DNA of 64,000 bases, taken from the IMG/VR virus record IMGVR_UViG_3300025327_000015; one strand, given 5' to 3'. Shown in pieces: positions 1 through 12,500 of the stretch. This stretch comes from a virus (lineage: Duplodnaviria; Heunggongvirae; Uroviricota; Caudoviricetes). How positions within the stretch are numbered: position 1 is the first letter of the stretch; every line of letters begins with the position of its first letter. The notes under the pieces are model-generated. The model made no database searches. It was not told where the DNA came from and saw only the letters and a list, made by a program, of their open reading frames with translations. Position numbers and translations under genes: made by a program.

Positions 1-16
1 TCGAGATTCAAAGCTC

Positions 17-313
17 TTGGCTCAGCTTCATCTTCTTTGGCGAGAATGTGCTCTTTGTCATACAACAGGGCAACTCTCTCTTCATCATCTCTCCAAGCAC
101 CCAAGAGACGATGTGGAGGCCAATCTTGTCATGCTCTGCGGTTCAGGAACTACCGGTTGCCATGGGCTCATCGAGGCTAGAGACTCCGACAAGCTCCGAG
201 AACTCGGAACCTATGTGTTGCAAGCACGAGGAGACATCATCGTCTACCTCTATGAGCAACTAGGAGCAGTTGCTGCCCAAGAATGGATGAAACGACACTT
301 CCTCATCGAATAG
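17..313 (+). CDS. HNH endonuclease (TTG start; may extend upstream of window)
   Basis: Cys/His pattern CALCH...LHHL...N...LCGSGTTGCHG typical of HNH nucleases; no in-frame stop back to window edge. Confidence 0.45.
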   Translation: MAQLHLLWRECALCHTTGQLSLHHLSKHPRDDVEANLVMLCGSGTTGCHGLIEARDSDKLRELGTYVLQARGDIIVYLYEQLGAVAAQEWMKRHFLIE

Positions 314-331
314 ACGGAGCACGAGCGACCT

Positions 332-366
332 CCTAAAATAAGATGGCCCGAGGGGGCGGGCCATCT
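332..366 (-). terminator. Rho-independent terminator for minus-strand genes
   Basis: 10-bp GC-rich inverted repeat agatggcccg/cgggccatct (341-366) followed on minus strand by TATTTT. Confidence 0.4.
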
Positions 367-495
367 TAGGGGAGAGGGGGAAGTGCGTCTCGCCAAACAA
401 GTCTACGCTACAAACTCGTCGATTTCAAGACCTCCAAGAACTTGAATAAGCCCCAGACCCGAGTGTACGCCTCGGGTAGAGAGATTTCTACCTGC

Positions 496-684
496 CTAGC
501 CAGTCTTTCCCCACGGAATCGCTGGCTCGAACCAAGAGGCTATGAACGCGAGCACGGCGTTCACGGCCAACATGATGCCCGCGAGTTGATCGTCGGTCAG
601 GTTAATGACTCCACCCAGCACAAGAGCGCCGAGCACGGCCTGTACCGCCGCTGCGAGAAGAGCGAGTTTGGTCATCTCAATCAC
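496..684 (-). CDS. small hydrophobic membrane protein
   Basis: 62 aa, two hydrophobic stretches (LALLAAAVQAVLGALVLGGV...LAVNAVLAFIASWF). Confidence 0.35.
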   Translation of the reverse strand: MIEMTKLALLAAAVQAVLGALVLGGVINLTDDQLAGIMLAVNAVLAFIASWFEPAIPWGKTG

Positions 685-705
685 CTCCTCTCATTGGATC
701 GGAGA

Positions 706-1083
706 TCAAGTATCATCATGGGCTCCGCTCAAGCCCTTTCCATTCACACGCTTCCGGATCCACACGATTTGAACGAGAATAACGACGAAGGGGATGGCAA
801 GCATCCCATTCACGATCCGTCCTTGCTCCTGATCGAGCAAACTGAGGAAGACAACCATCCGCACGACCGCTGCTAGTAAGAGATAGATAGCGACACAGAC
901 AAGCGCTTCCCGCCCGAAGCTCGTGAGGCGTTGTACGCTCCGGGCTACGTCCAAAAGACCGAGCGCGAGAACCACGATTCCGAAGGTGCCCACGAGCTGA
1001 AACGCCTGACTCGTAGTCATCGTGTCCCAATCCAAATCATCGCCACAATCCCAATGAGAGTGAGGGTGATGGGGACACCCCAA
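706..1083 (-). CDS. membrane protein
   Basis: 125 aa ORF with multiple hydrophobic segments; true start may be internal. Confidence 0.3.
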   Translation of the reverse strand: MGCPHHPHSHWDCGDDLDWDTMTTSQAFQLVGTFGIVVLALGLLDVARSVQRLTSFGREALVCVAIYLLLAAVVRMVVFLSLLDQEQGRIVNGMLAIPFVVILVQIVWIRKRVNGKGLSGAHDDT

Positions 1084-1247
1084 CGCAGAGCGGCGATGGC
1101 AAAGTCCTGAACAGTCTTTCCGCGTTCGAGAGCGGGAATGCGCCCTACATGCGTACCTGGCCCAACTTGAAATTCACGCTCGATCGCACCAACACGACGC
1201 TCAAACTCCTCGCGGCTGACAATCCCCTTCCCACTGACATCGGTCAC
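1017..1247 (-). CDS. small protein with C-terminal TM anchor
   Basis: 76 aa; C-terminal GVPITLTLIGIVAMIWIG hydrophobic helix. Confidence 0.3.
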   Translation of the reverse strand: MTDVSGKGIVSREEFERRVGAIEREFQVGPGTHVGRIPALERGKTVQDFAIAALRWGVPITLTLIGIVAMIWIGTR

Positions 1248-1322
1248 ATGATCCCCTCATAGACGAGTTCGGACATCTTATCGATAGGCAAAAAAATCTT
1301 GGATAGGAGGCTGTGGATAATG

Positions 1323-1970
1323 TCATCCATCTATTGAATCGTAGAGAACGTTCCGGTCTCCTCTTCTAAAAGCGAGACCACTCCAATTCCAATAACCATG
1401 CGGTTGAAGTTCTTTACCTTTGGCGGTAAGAATAGGATCGTATTTATAGCCAATAGACTTCAGCACCTCAATCCAGTATTCATCTGGCTGACAGTGAACA
1501 TGATGATGTCCACCTTGTCCTGGCTGTGCATGGGTCATCAAAATCATCTCTGCGCAAGAGAACGTTGAGAGATAATTAGACATGAATCTCTCTTCAACGT
1601 GTTCTACGAATTCACAGCACCAACAGAGATCAAACTTTCGGTTTGGTATGAATGATCCAACCGTATAATCATGTTCCACAATCCAAGAATCTCTCTGTGG
1701 TATTCCTTCTACACCAAGTACATCACAGCCGAGATCATGAAAGAAACGAAGTGCTTTCCCACTTCCGCAACCTACGTCGATTACCGAATGGATCTTATAC
1801 TTCTCGATTACCCATCTCCAGAAATCAGGAAAATAACTTCCAGGATCTCCATCTGGGAAATAACCACCCAGCCATGGCCGTTCAGAGTCTACAACCATTC
1901 CATATTCATTCAACTCAAACATGAGTCTGAAAGACACCGTAGTAGCAGCGACCATGCGCACCATTTTCAT
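1323..1970 (-). CDS. class I SAM-dependent methyltransferase
   Basis: Motif I VIDVGCGSGKALRFF (GxGxG Rossmann) in 215 aa ORF. Confidence 0.6.
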   Translation of the reverse strand: MKMVRMVAATTVSFRLMFELNEYGMVVDSERPWLGGYFPDGDPGSYFPDFWRWVIEKYKIHSVIDVGCGSGKALRFFHDLGCDVLGVEGIPQRDSWIVEHDYTVGSFIPNRKFDLCWCCEFVEHVEERFMSNYLSTFSCAEMILMTHAQPGQGGHHHVHCQPDEYWIEVLKSIGYKYDPILTAKGKELQPHGYWNWSGLAFRRGDRNVLYDSIDG

Positions 1971-2526
1971 CTACATGAGCCACGAATCCAAAACTGTCAA
2001 GCCATTTATCGAGTTTCACTTTGTCCAGGCGATGAGGATGTCCTGGATAGGGATCTATCTCAATCCATTCAAAGATGCGAATGATTTTGGCGTCCCTTCT
2101 CGCATTAGTGATTATCTTCTCGGGATCGCGAACATGCTGGAGAACGTTGTAAATCCATGCCTCATCGTAATGCCCATGTGGTTCTCCTGGCTCTCCCATA
2201 TCTTCGTAAGAATAAGGCCAATACTGAATGCCACATTCCTTATAGCGAGCCATTACCCAATCTGGATACGGAGCAGGATCAACAACACATGATTTGCTAT
2301 TTAGATTCACACATTTTAGAAGCAGCGAGACAGGGCCGCCACCAACATCGATTACTGAGCGCCCGTTCAGATCGAAAAAAGGCGGATGCCCACCAGACCA
2401 ATCTGCACGTAGACCCATGCGAGCTGCATAGACAAGTTGCTTCTGCTCTTCGCGGAATGTGTTTCGGCAGTCCTGCCAAAACTCTAACTCATATGCGATA
2501 GTGTCAGAAACTGTAATATCCATCAT
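1915..2526 (-). CDS. SAM-dependent methyltransferase-like protein
   Basis: VIDVGGGPVSLL glycine-rich motif I-like; 203 aa. Confidence 0.45.
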   Translation of the reverse strand: MMDITVSDTIAYELEFWQDCRNTFREEQKQLVYAARMGLRADWSGGHPPFFDLNGRSVIDVGGGPVSLLLKCVNLNSKSCVVDPAPYPDWVMARYKECGIQYWPYSYEDMGEPGEPHGHYDEAWIYNVLQHVRDPEKIITNARRDAKIIRIFEWIEIDPYPGHPHRLDKVKLDKWLDSFGFVAHVDENGAHGRCYYGVFQTHV

Positions 2527-3634
2527 CCCAAAGCGAATCCAGACTATCGAACCAGCAGGTAAACATTGGCCCTACTGCTTCTAGTGAATAATGTTTCAGT
2601 GCATATTCACGGATTTGCTTACGATTAAACGAAGATAAATTATGGACTGCTTCAACACCCTGTTTAAGCGTGTGAAAGCGTGCTCCCACTTCTGATGTGA
2701 CGATTTCGGTAAACGAACCCCAGTCACTCGCAATAACGGGGCAACCACTGAGCATTGCTTCAACGGCCACTCCTCCGAAAGGCTCGACGTAGATTGTGGG
2801 CACGATGATCGCTGCTGCATTCGCCATGAGATCTGCACGCTCTGCGAAACCAACCGTACCCATATACTCCACGTCTCCCTCAAGTGTTATTTCTGGCGCC
2901 ACGATCTTGCCCTTTGACCACTCAGTTGCTCCTGGACCTGCAACCTTAAGCGGCATACCCGCCCGTTCAGCGATGAGAGCAGCGATGTGCGGCCCCTTGC
3001 GTTGCACAATGCGTCCTATATAGAGGAGATAATCCGCCCTTGGCCTACGCGCCATCTTGAACTGCCGCACATCGAAGAAATTGGGAATGACTGCATCAAA
3101 GGCACGCCCATTCACGATCTTACGATCGCCGTAGACATGATGCATCCAGGCGTAACTCTCGAAAGCACAGAATGGCGAGAAGATTCCGAAGTATCCGACA
3201 CCCCATTCCACCGTAATCGGATTGTTGTATTTTGATCCGGCGACTGCTTGCGCAATCGGTTCTTGCGCCCAACCTCCGATTAGGCATAAAAAATGATTAC
3301 GCCTGTCTTTCGGCAGGCGCTGTCGAATGGCATCGGTGGCACGAGTATTAGCTTCGAACCAATAAGGCTGCGAAGCATCCCATAGAAATGGGGTAAGTAC
3401 TGTATCGAAGCCACCACCGAAGCCCCAACGCTCACGATCAGCTTCAGTCGTGATAACGACATGTTCATCAGGCTTGCAGCTGATTTCATCTGGACCATAT
3501 AGGATTACTTTGCAGCCCTGGGCTTGCATCATAGGTACGAACTTGCTGCACTTCTGACTATAAGCGCAAGTCGCATCACGTTCAGTAAGCGTTGTATGGG
3601 GTAAGGCAACGACGTGGAGAACTCTTTCAGTCAT
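2504..3634 (-). CDS. glycosyltransferase family 1 (GT4-like)
   Basis: C-terminal EPFGGVAVEAMLSGCPVIASDWGSFTEIV matches the GT1 E-x7-E donor-binding signature. Confidence 0.7.
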   Translation of the reverse strand: MTERVLHVVALPHTTLTERDATCAYSQKCSKFVPMMQAQGCKVILYGPDEISCKPDEHVVITTEADRERWGFGGGFDTVLTPFLWDASQPYWFEANTRATDAIRQRLPKDRRNHFLCLIGGWAQEPIAQAVAGSKYNNPITVEWGVGYFGIFSPFCAFESYAWMHHVYGDRKIVNGRAFDAVIPNFFDVRQFKMARRPRADYLLYIGRIVQRKGPHIAALIAERAGMPLKVAGPGATEWSKGKIVAPEITLEGDVEYMGTVGFAERADLMANAAAIIVPTIYVEPFGGVAVEAMLSGCPVIASDWGSFTEIVTSEVGARFHTLKQGVEAVHNLSSFNRKQIREYALKHYSLEAVGPMFTCWFDSLDSLWDDGYYSF

Positions 3635-4932
3635 TGCTCACCAAGTAGTGCTCTGGACGCTACTCCATGACGCTGCGCATAACGCCAGTTCATACTTACG
3701 ATGGGCGAGATACCGAACAGCGATACCACATCACAGAGATTTCTCATACCATTGGAGGTCCCTGCGCCCGGATATTTGAAAGCACCAAAGGAGCCCCCTA
3801 CATGCAGATCGCGCCGATTTTTGGTAATTGAAAGCGTCTGCGGATAGCCTTCATGGAAGGCAGCTGTATATTCGATGCTGCCATCGCTGTTACAGAAGGA
3901 GACTCCTATCCCAGCTCCGCTGTTATTGGGATCCCAACCTTCTTCGATCTGATCGTTCCCATAGCCAAGCAGACCAACTGGTTGAGCTTCTGTAGCCACT
4001 TCTTTATCGTTAGCCGTCGGATCAAAGAGAAACCGGCCTATGTCTGCTTCTCCGATCGCAAGCCAATGGAAATAACGCGTCTGGCTATCCGCGCTACTCC
4101 AGTTGAGAAGAAAGCCGTCATTTTCCATTGAAAGAAGCGATGCCTGTGCATCAATACCGCGTCCTACACCAAAGCTCGAAGTAGAGCTATGTGCGAAAGT
4201 CACGATTTTGCCAGTGTCATTGCGGGCACTCAGAAACGGCGCACCCTTTCGAGCCCCACTCCAGATTGAATATTGCTCGCTTGCATCTCCTGCACCTACA
4301 CCGATCCACTGATGATCTTGAAGAAGTAGTCCACCAGGGCCATTAGCGATGAGCACAGCCTTGGGTCGGAAACCGACACCTGTTATCGCCTGATTTCCGG
4401 TTACAGTCGGCGCCTGTGTAGTTCCTACCTTGTAGCCGCCGCCATTACGAGCTGCTAAATAGATACAGCGGATCGTCGAGCTAGGCGCTTGATCAATATT
4501 CAGAGTAAAACCGTCAGCATCAAAGGAATTGAGGGAGGCACGAAAGCTCTCCTGCGGGTAATAGCGATAGCTACCGCCTACGTAGGCGATGACACGATCG
4601 TCTCGCCAGTAGGAATGGCGATCCGCATTCCAGGTGAAGTTGTTGTATTCACCAGTACAACTCCCGGCCCATTGATCACTACCTGCCGCGAAGCCGAGAT
4701 GAAAGGCTGCGCCGTACTGATTGGGTATCGAAGAAGGCAGGACGACGCCGATGATTCCGACGAGACTCGGAAGAAAACCGACACCTGTGATTGCTTGTAG
4801 TCCGGTCGTCGTGTTCAGATTGAAGGTCCCGACCGCGACCTCTTGATCGGGATCAGTCAGCGCCAAAAAATGGCGCCGCGAAGTATCTCTTGCGCCGCTG
4901 ATCTTATCGTAGAGAAATCCGAATTGGGCCAT
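3631..4932 (-). CDS. tail fibre-like structural protein (paralog of 16861..18162)
   Basis: 433 aa, Gly/Ser/Thr/Asn-rich beta-like composition, shares WLAIGEA motif and identical length with the 16861..18162 protein. Confidence 0.4.
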   Translation of the reverse strand: MAQFGFLYDKISGARDTSRRHFLALTDPDQEVAVGTFNLNTTTGLQAITGVGFLPSLVGIIGVVLPSSIPNQYGAAFHLGFAAGSDQWAGSCTGEYNNFTWNADRHSYWRDDRVIAYVGGSYRYYPQESFRASLNSFDADGFTLNIDQAPSSTIRCIYLAARNGGGYKVGTTQAPTVTGNQAITGVGFRPKAVLIANGPGGLLLQDHQWIGVGAGDASEQYSIWSGARKGAPFLSARNDTGKIVTFAHSSTSSFGVGRGIDAQASLLSMENDGFLLNWSSADSQTRYFHWLAIGEADIGRFLFDPTANDKEVATEAQPVGLLGYGNDQIEEGWDPNNSGAGIGVSFCNSDGSIEYTAAFHEGYPQTLSITKNRRDLHVGGSFGAFKYPGAGTSNGMRNLCDVVSLFGISPIVSMNWRYAQRHGVASRALLGEQ

Positions 4933-5186
4933 CAGTTACGGAAATGTGCTACCTGTGGAATAAAGACAACAACCTCTAACACGATTGCCTCGACTACAAG
5001 CTGGCTCAATCGTCCTTTGGCACTTGTCGGAGCAACGACAGTCTCGACTGGCTCCTGACTAAGACGGCCCTTGGCACTCGTTGGGGCAACAATGCTCTCA
5101 ACTGGTTCTTGACTGATACGTCCTTTGGCATCGGTGGGAGCAAGGACGCCCTCGACAGGCAGTTGTGAGATGCGATCATTCGCCAT
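4932..5186 (-). CDS. small protein with three 17-aa tandem repeats
   Basis: PTSAKGRLSQEPVEtvVA repeated 3x; coincides with 51-bp DNA tandem repeats. Confidence 0.35.
   Translation of the reverse strand: MANDRISQLPVEGVLAPTDAKGRISQEPVESIVAPTSAKGRLSQEPVETVVAPTSAKGRLSQLVVEAIVLEVVVFIPQVAHFRN
4990..5165. repeat. about 3.5 imperfect 51-bp tandem repeats
   Basis: ctcgact...cctttggcac...ggagcaacgac units repeated head to tail. Confidence 0.6.
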
Positions 5187-5189
5187 AGT

Positions 5190-6215
5190 TTAAGCTGTAA
5201 TCTTTACGCCGAATTCAGCACTATTTACATCACTGATTGCCCAGGCGCCCCCGCCAGGCTTTGTCTCCCGGATATCCGGATAATATGTATATGAGGTCGA
5301 GAGCGTCTTATCGGCGCTGTCCACCTCGGTAGCCGAGACTCGTGCGACGCTGACAATGGAGCGCACGCCCGCATCCGTCTTGCGCGCATAGGGAAGAATC
5401 TGCACTCCGTATACCGTGCCCGTAGTTGGGGTCAGGTTGCCGAAGGCATAGGTATCTTTGTCACCGATGTCCGAAGACTCGACGTAGTCGGTATCTCCGT
5501 TCGGAGCCGATTCGTCCACAAGCAGGTAGTTGTCTACCTGGTTACCGTCTGAGCCATCGAGCTGGCTGGAGTTCCCGTTCCCGCTCGGAAGAATCGCCTC
5601 GACGCGAACGTCGCCGAGGAAGTCGTTAGTCGGCGCGCCGCCCGTGCCGTCGCAGACGTAGAGATCGTCAAAGTCCCACGAGACTCCTAGAGCCGGGCCG
5701 GTTGGGCCGATCCTAACCTGGTCTGCGGTGGCGTTGGCCGTATTCTTGGTATCGATGCTGGACAGGTTGAGGTCGGTAACGCCGTTAACCTTGGTGACGA
5801 TGACGCCGGAGGCGTCGCTGATCGTCGCCTTGATCTCGATGTAGTAGAAGGCGCTGAGCGAGAGCACAATCGTCCCGAGACCGAGGCTCGTGCCGTTCCT
5901 GGTGGCGCGGAGCTTTCCGTCCGAGGTCACTCTCAGATCGACCTGTGTCGTACCGGCGTCAAGAAGATTGATGATGGCGGTGTCGTTACCAGTAGTAGGG
6001 TACGCCGACATCCGAAACGCCACGCCCACGAACCAGGTCGCCTGGCTGTCCAGGAACTTCGTGAGTATCTGGGTCGCCAGGTTGGTCGCCCGGAAGCTGG
6101 CGGTACCGTTTCTCCCGTTCCCGGCGGAGATCGTAGCGGAGGTCTGTGCGTTCCACTTCGAGAGAACGTCGGCGGTGACGTAGTGGTCAAACGAGTCGAT
6201 GAATCTCAGAGCCAT
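5190..6215 (-). CDS. tail/fibre-associated structural protein
   Basis: 341 aa, Thr/Ser/Asn/Gly-rich, sits between collagen-like fibre and fibre paralog. Confidence 0.35.
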   Translation of the reverse strand: MALRFIDSFDHYVTADVLSKWNAQTSATISAGNGRNGTASFRATNLATQILTKFLDSQATWFVGVAFRMSAYPTTGNDTAIINLLDAGTTQVDLRVTSDGKLRATRNGTSLGLGTIVLSLSAFYYIEIKATISDASGVIVTKVNGVTDLNLSSIDTKNTANATADQVRIGPTGPALGVSWDFDDLYVCDGTGGAPTNDFLGDVRVEAILPSGNGNSSQLDGSDGNQVDNYLLVDESAPNGDTDYVESSDIGDKDTYAFGNLTPTTGTVYGVQILPYARKTDAGVRSIVSVARVSATEVDSADKTLSTSYTYYPDIRETKPGGGAWAISDVNSAEFGVKITA

Positions 6216-6225
6216 CTAATCTCCT

Positions 6226-7358
<1,133 letters not shown>

Positions 7359-7359
<1 letters not shown>

Positions 7360-8582
7360 CAGATTGCATCCTGATCAGGAGAAGCCTCAAACTCGCCCAA
7401 TGCCTCTACGGCATCATCGTCGATCTCGATGACATAACTATAGATACGCTGTGCCCCGGAAGAGATAACTCTTGCTTTGTCTCCGACATTAATCGTAATG
7501 AGATCCCCGATATCAAAATCTCCGGGACCAAAATCACCACCACGAACAGGAGTGATATACACCATTTTTCTCGGTGTAGCTCGCAATAAACTCTCAGTAT
7601 TCCAAAGAGATACATAGAGAGGCCGTACTGAAGCCTCACTTCCGAAGTTGTCGTAGATGGAGATACTCATGAAGACACCCAATTCTTCACGAGATGTAAC
7701 AATAAGCTCTCCGAGCGGACCTACTGGGGTAGGAAAGGTGATGCTGGACCCCGTAATGCTCGTTCGCCAGTGCTGTTGATCAAGTCGTGGACCGAGGTAG
7801 TACCAGATCTTATTTCCAATTGTCGTCATGTCTTCAGAACGACGTAGCAAACGAGCATTGAAATCACCTGTTGCATAATCAAAATTGACAGTTGCTGTGC
7901 GATCAGTTCCATAATCACCGTTGAAACAATGAACACGGCCCATATTTATTCCAGAAACGATGGGTTCAATAACGATGTCGAGTTCTCCTGTGTTCGTAAG
8001 AAGAGATGCAATCTCGGCGATTGTCATTGGCCAGTTTGTAGGAGCACCCGAAAGATCTGAACCTCCAGTGGCATAAGTGCTTGAGGCAAGATCAAGAAAA
8101 AGTGGTCCCTCCGCGTCAGGAGGAGGACCCGCACCAGCGCTCTCAGAGGCATTTAGAATTTCCTCCATAATCTGCGGTCCAGAGAGATTACGGGCAAGAA
8201 AAGAAGGATCCGAGAAATTCCCTGCATCACCTGAATAAGAATTAACAAGATCACGGGCTGGACGGTAACGCCATACGACCATAGGGTCGTAGCAAGTAAC
8301 TCTGGTATAGACCATGTCCTCATCCCCCTCTTCTTCCAGCGTCCAAACAAACCCGTGAAAGAAAAGGCCGGTGCTATCGAGTGTCACCGAGAGCATCCGA
8401 TAGCCGGTACAGAGAAGGGGACGGCCGTCGGACTGAATCTCATTGACCAGATAAGAAGGAACAGTAAACGAACACTCAGAAGGACGATTTAGCCGCCGTT
8501 TGAGACGTTTGCTCATGGCGATATCGGCGATATCAGCCAATGCTGTCCCGTCGCGCATTCGTAGAATAAAGGAAGCTGCCAT
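7359..8582 (-). CDS. tail (baseplate/tip) protein
   Basis: 407 aa downstream of TMP-Dit block; position-based call. Confidence 0.35.
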
Positions 8583-9038
8583 TTATTTTCTGGCCCTACG
8601 CTTTTCTTTTTGTCGTGCATCCTGAATACGACGACATGCTCTACATCGTAGAATTCCCTGTGGAGTACGATATCCATATTCATTACGGAGATGCCCATAG
8701 GCGCATTGAATATTGACTGAATAAACTGATAGCCCACCAGTATTTCCAGAACATCTACCAGCGGCCCAGGCTCTCTTTGTATTTTCAGATGGAGAGACTG
8801 CCTCTAAATGCTCAGGATTAACACATGCCTTATTAAAACAAAGATGATCTACTTCAAAACCTTTGGGTATTTCACCCACCCAAAGTTGATATGCGATGCG
8901 GTGAGCGCAAACCATATGACCATCCAAATAAAATGATGCATACCCCGTACTATTTTTGGTTGCTGTCCATTCCCAGCAATCATCGCCTATTAGAAACTTC
9001 TTGAGAAATCGTTTCTGAGCCTTTTTTGTCATCACCAA
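8583..9038 (-). CDS. HNH homing endonuclease
   Basis: CAHRIAYQLW...EVDHLCFNKACVNPEHLEAVSPSEN (HNH_3-like) ; wedged between tail genes with 7-nt overlap. Confidence 0.65.
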   Translation of the reverse strand: MVMTKKAQKRFLKKFLIGDDCWEWTATKNSTGYASFYLDGHMVCAHRIAYQLWVGEIPKGFEVDHLCFNKACVNPEHLEAVSPSENTKRAWAAGRCSGNTGGLSVYSVNIQCAYGHLRNEYGYRTPQGILRCRACRRIQDARQKEKRRARK

Positions 9039-9511
9039 TCCGGATTCGCAGCGATGAGTCCAAAGACGAAGGTTTTTAGCTCAATTCCTCTAAACTCAAC
9101 TGGTATCTCGTTGCGAACTGTCAGGGAGCGAGCATCCGGGCCTCCAGAGAGCTGCACAGTCCAAGCAAGAGTTCCATCAGCCGCTTCGATGGATTCAAGC
9201 GCGACTCGAAGATCCTCCTCCATCTCATTACGAAGTACCCTGATCGAGTTCATGATGCGAGTAGAACGAATCATCAGCGCACCTTCGATGGTGACTCGCC
9301 GAGGACCTTTAAAGAAAGGATGAACGAGACCACCGTCGGTTTGCGGACGGTTATCTACAGGAGCACGAATGGGAGCCCCATCAAGTCCCTGGATATCGGA
9401 AATGTAATACTCATCTGCTCCGTAAGCATTGAAACTATCGATCCCCGAGTTATTGAAGAGAATTGTTCCTCCGGGAGTCGTAAGGGTATATTGGACGCTT
9501 AGATCAGCCAT
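9032..9511 (-). CDS. distal tail protein candidate
   Basis: 159 aa immediately downstream of TMP. Confidence 0.3.
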   Translation of the reverse strand: MADLSVQYTLTTPGGTILFNNSGIDSFNAYGADEYYISDIQGLDGAPIRAPVDNRPQTDGGLVHPFFKGPRRVTIEGALMIRSTRIMNSIRVLRNEMEEDLRVALESIEAADGTLAWTVQLSGGPDARSLTVRNEIPVEFRGIELKTFVFGLIAANPDW

Positions 9512-12500
9512 TTAGACACCGTGAGGTAGATCCATCGCGGCACTATTAACTACTGCCCGCCGTCGCGCTTCTGGATGTTTAGAGCGCCCCTCTATATGAG
9601 CGAGCAGCCGCACCATTTGACTGAGAAGATGGATAATGGTCGAGAACTGAGCGGGTGTTCCTCCACGCTCGCCAGCAGCTATTGCAGCAGCACGATCTGC
9701 AAGCCTTCCTGTTGGAGTCTTACCGAGATCCCCTCGCGTCACACCTGCAGGCAGACGGCCTATAGATGGAGGCGTTACAGCAGTAGCTCCGATCTTGGTA
9801 GGAGCGGTGACGCCACCGACTAGACCGCTGGACGCCAGCCCGCCCGGCAGCAGATTGCCGAGCAGATTGGCCGCAAATCCCTGTTGTGTAGTCAAGAATT
9901 CAAAAGCCATCTCCTGGAAGAGACGTTGTGCTTCTCCCCGGAGTTCCTTGATCGCCTGTCGTTGTTCAGCAATGGCATTACGCAATCGTTTCCACTCAAG
10001 CGTCCCTTTCTTGACCGTTCTCTGTTCGGCTTGCAACTGTCGAATGAGGCGCTCTCGTGCTCGAATCTCTGCCTGTCGGTTCTCTGTTGTCGCCGCAAAT
10101 TCAATATCAAGTTCAATGCTTTCGTGAATAAGATCACGAAGTTCCTGCTGGGTACGGATGATTTCAAGTCGTAGCTGAAGAGCTAGATTTGAACCTGTTC
10201 GAGCATCCCCGAGTGCTGCTCGTAGTTGCTTAACGCGCTCGCTCATAAGACGACGAATAAGAGCCAGGCTTCCAACCTCCCGAGCAATATCGAGACGAAG
10301 CTCAAAACGTGTTTGTAATTGCTCTTGCAATTCTTGCTGTAGATGATCAAGTTCTTGCTGTGCCTGAATTAATTCACGAGTGAGAGAAGTTATTGCTTCT
10401 GCTTTTGTTTGTGCATCCTTAACTGTTTTGCGCACTTCTTCGATAGATTTTTTGAAAAGGTCACGCAATGCTTCCTGAGCTTTAATATCATCACGCAGCC
10501 CAGCTGTCCCTTCAGCTATCAGAATGGCGTTTTCTAGTCTTCGTTGTCTAATTCCGATCGCATCAAGAATTTTCTGATCTGCTTCTTTCCGTTTTCGTTC
10601 GATTTCCCGAGCACGACGTTCTCGTTCAGAAGATGTTTCATCCAGAATGGACTGAATCTCATTCTGAACACCAAGCAGAGTTGATTCCAATGTTCGCTTC
10701 AGTCCGGGCCGTCTTTGTACGATCCCACGTCGAAGCTGTTGTTCCAAGAATTCCTGCTCTTTGCGTAGAGATTCAAGAAGTGCTTCGGTGTCTTCTCTAA
10801 TACGAGCACGTGTTTGTTGTGCTTCTAGGGCTGTAACACGACGTTCAATACCTTCTGGCAAAAGACCTCGGGCTGGTCCTGGAGCAGCTGCTGCATTCTC
10901 TATAGCTACTCGGGCGCGAGTAGCAGCATCTGCAAACTCTCCTAGATCGAAAACAACTCCTTGAATAGGTTGCTGCGCTCTTGTAGCTGCATCTGCAAGA
11001 CTTGTAAGTCCACTCGCTGTAAGACGAAGATCACCAGCTACCGCGCCAAGATCCAATTTCCCAAGAGCTGCAAGCTCTGTACGTAGATCAGCGATGCGTT
11101 GAAGAAGTTCAGGAGGCGGCGGTCTTCCAAAAGCAATTCTAAACCGGCGGGCTTCATCCTCAGCGGCTTTTAGATCATCTTTAAGTGCGCTAACTTTCTT
11201 CGCAGTATCTGTAGATCTTTCTCCTACTATTCCTATGTTACGTGCAAGATCTACTATGTCACTTACTTCAATTTCTGGTGTGTCTACTCCCAGAAGACTA
11301 ATGATAAGTCTATCCGTAGCATCACTAGCTTCTTTAACACCACTAGCGAGATCACTAAAAAAGCCCGCAGTGGCAGTAGCCGTTTCTTTACCTGATTGGA
11401 CTACAAAATTAATTCCTTGAACAAGAAGATTAAGATCATCGATCAAACCTTCAAGCAATGGAAGCACGACACTTCCAAGACTTTCACCAAGAGTTGTAAG
11501 GCTATTTTTCAAACCTTCGACTTTCCCAGAAAAACCTTCAGTGCGAGCACCGGCTAATTCAGCAGCAGTTCCAAATCTGTCTATCTCTTCCCGAGCTTCA
11601 GCAAAACCTTGCGTTCCCTCTCGAACAAAGATGCTGGCAGATCGAAAAGCATCCTGACCGAAGATAATCGCCAATGCAGCATCCCTAGCTGCAGGAGAAA
11701 GATCACGCATAGCTTCCTGCAACTGAATAAATACATCGGTACGAATAGCCCCATTAACATCTCTTAGATTAATTCCCAACTGCTTCAGCTTCTCTTGGGC
11801 TTCATCACTCGGATTAATAAGACGAATCAGAGCGGTTCTTAGAGAAGTACCTGCATCGGAGCCTCGTAGACCATTCTGTGCAAGAAGTGTAATAAATGTA
11901 ACAGTGTCCTCAAGTGTGAATCCAACTTGACGCGCAGCTGCAGCAGACTGCTGCAATGCAGCACCCATATCCGAGATTGAACCCTGGGCAGCAATGCTTG
12001 CATTTGCAAGAAGATCAGCAACATGAGTTGCTTCTTCACCGCGCAAATTGAAAACATTGAGAGCGGTTCCTACAAGCTCAGTTGCTTGCGCATTGTCAAT
12101 CTCAGCTGCAGTAGCAAGCTGCAGCACACCCCGCGCTCCTTCAATTGAATCCTGAACATCAAGTCCTGCCTTAGCGAGTTCACCCATTGCGCTCGCAGCA
12201 TCTCCGGCTGAAACAGCAGGAAGCGTAATATCTGCACCTAGTGATCTAGCCTCAGCACCTACTCGCTTCATTTCATCTGCTGTTGCTCCCGCAGTAACAC
12301 GAAATACATTCAATTCACGCTCTAGATTGGCTGCCGCACCGACTGCTTTGACAAAAATTGCTACTGCAGCAGCACCAGCCAGGAAGGCAGCACTAGCCGC
12401 CAGCGTTGCTCCTCGCACACCAAGAAGTGAGAGTCCCGTCGCACCAGCACCACGCGCTATAGTGCGCTCTTGGGTAACGCGTTTGGCACGTTCAGCCGAT

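Noticed and set aside
442-876. 144-aa plus-strand ORF
   Set aside because: It overlaps two minus-strand membrane-protein ORFs and has no RBS. Likely spurious.
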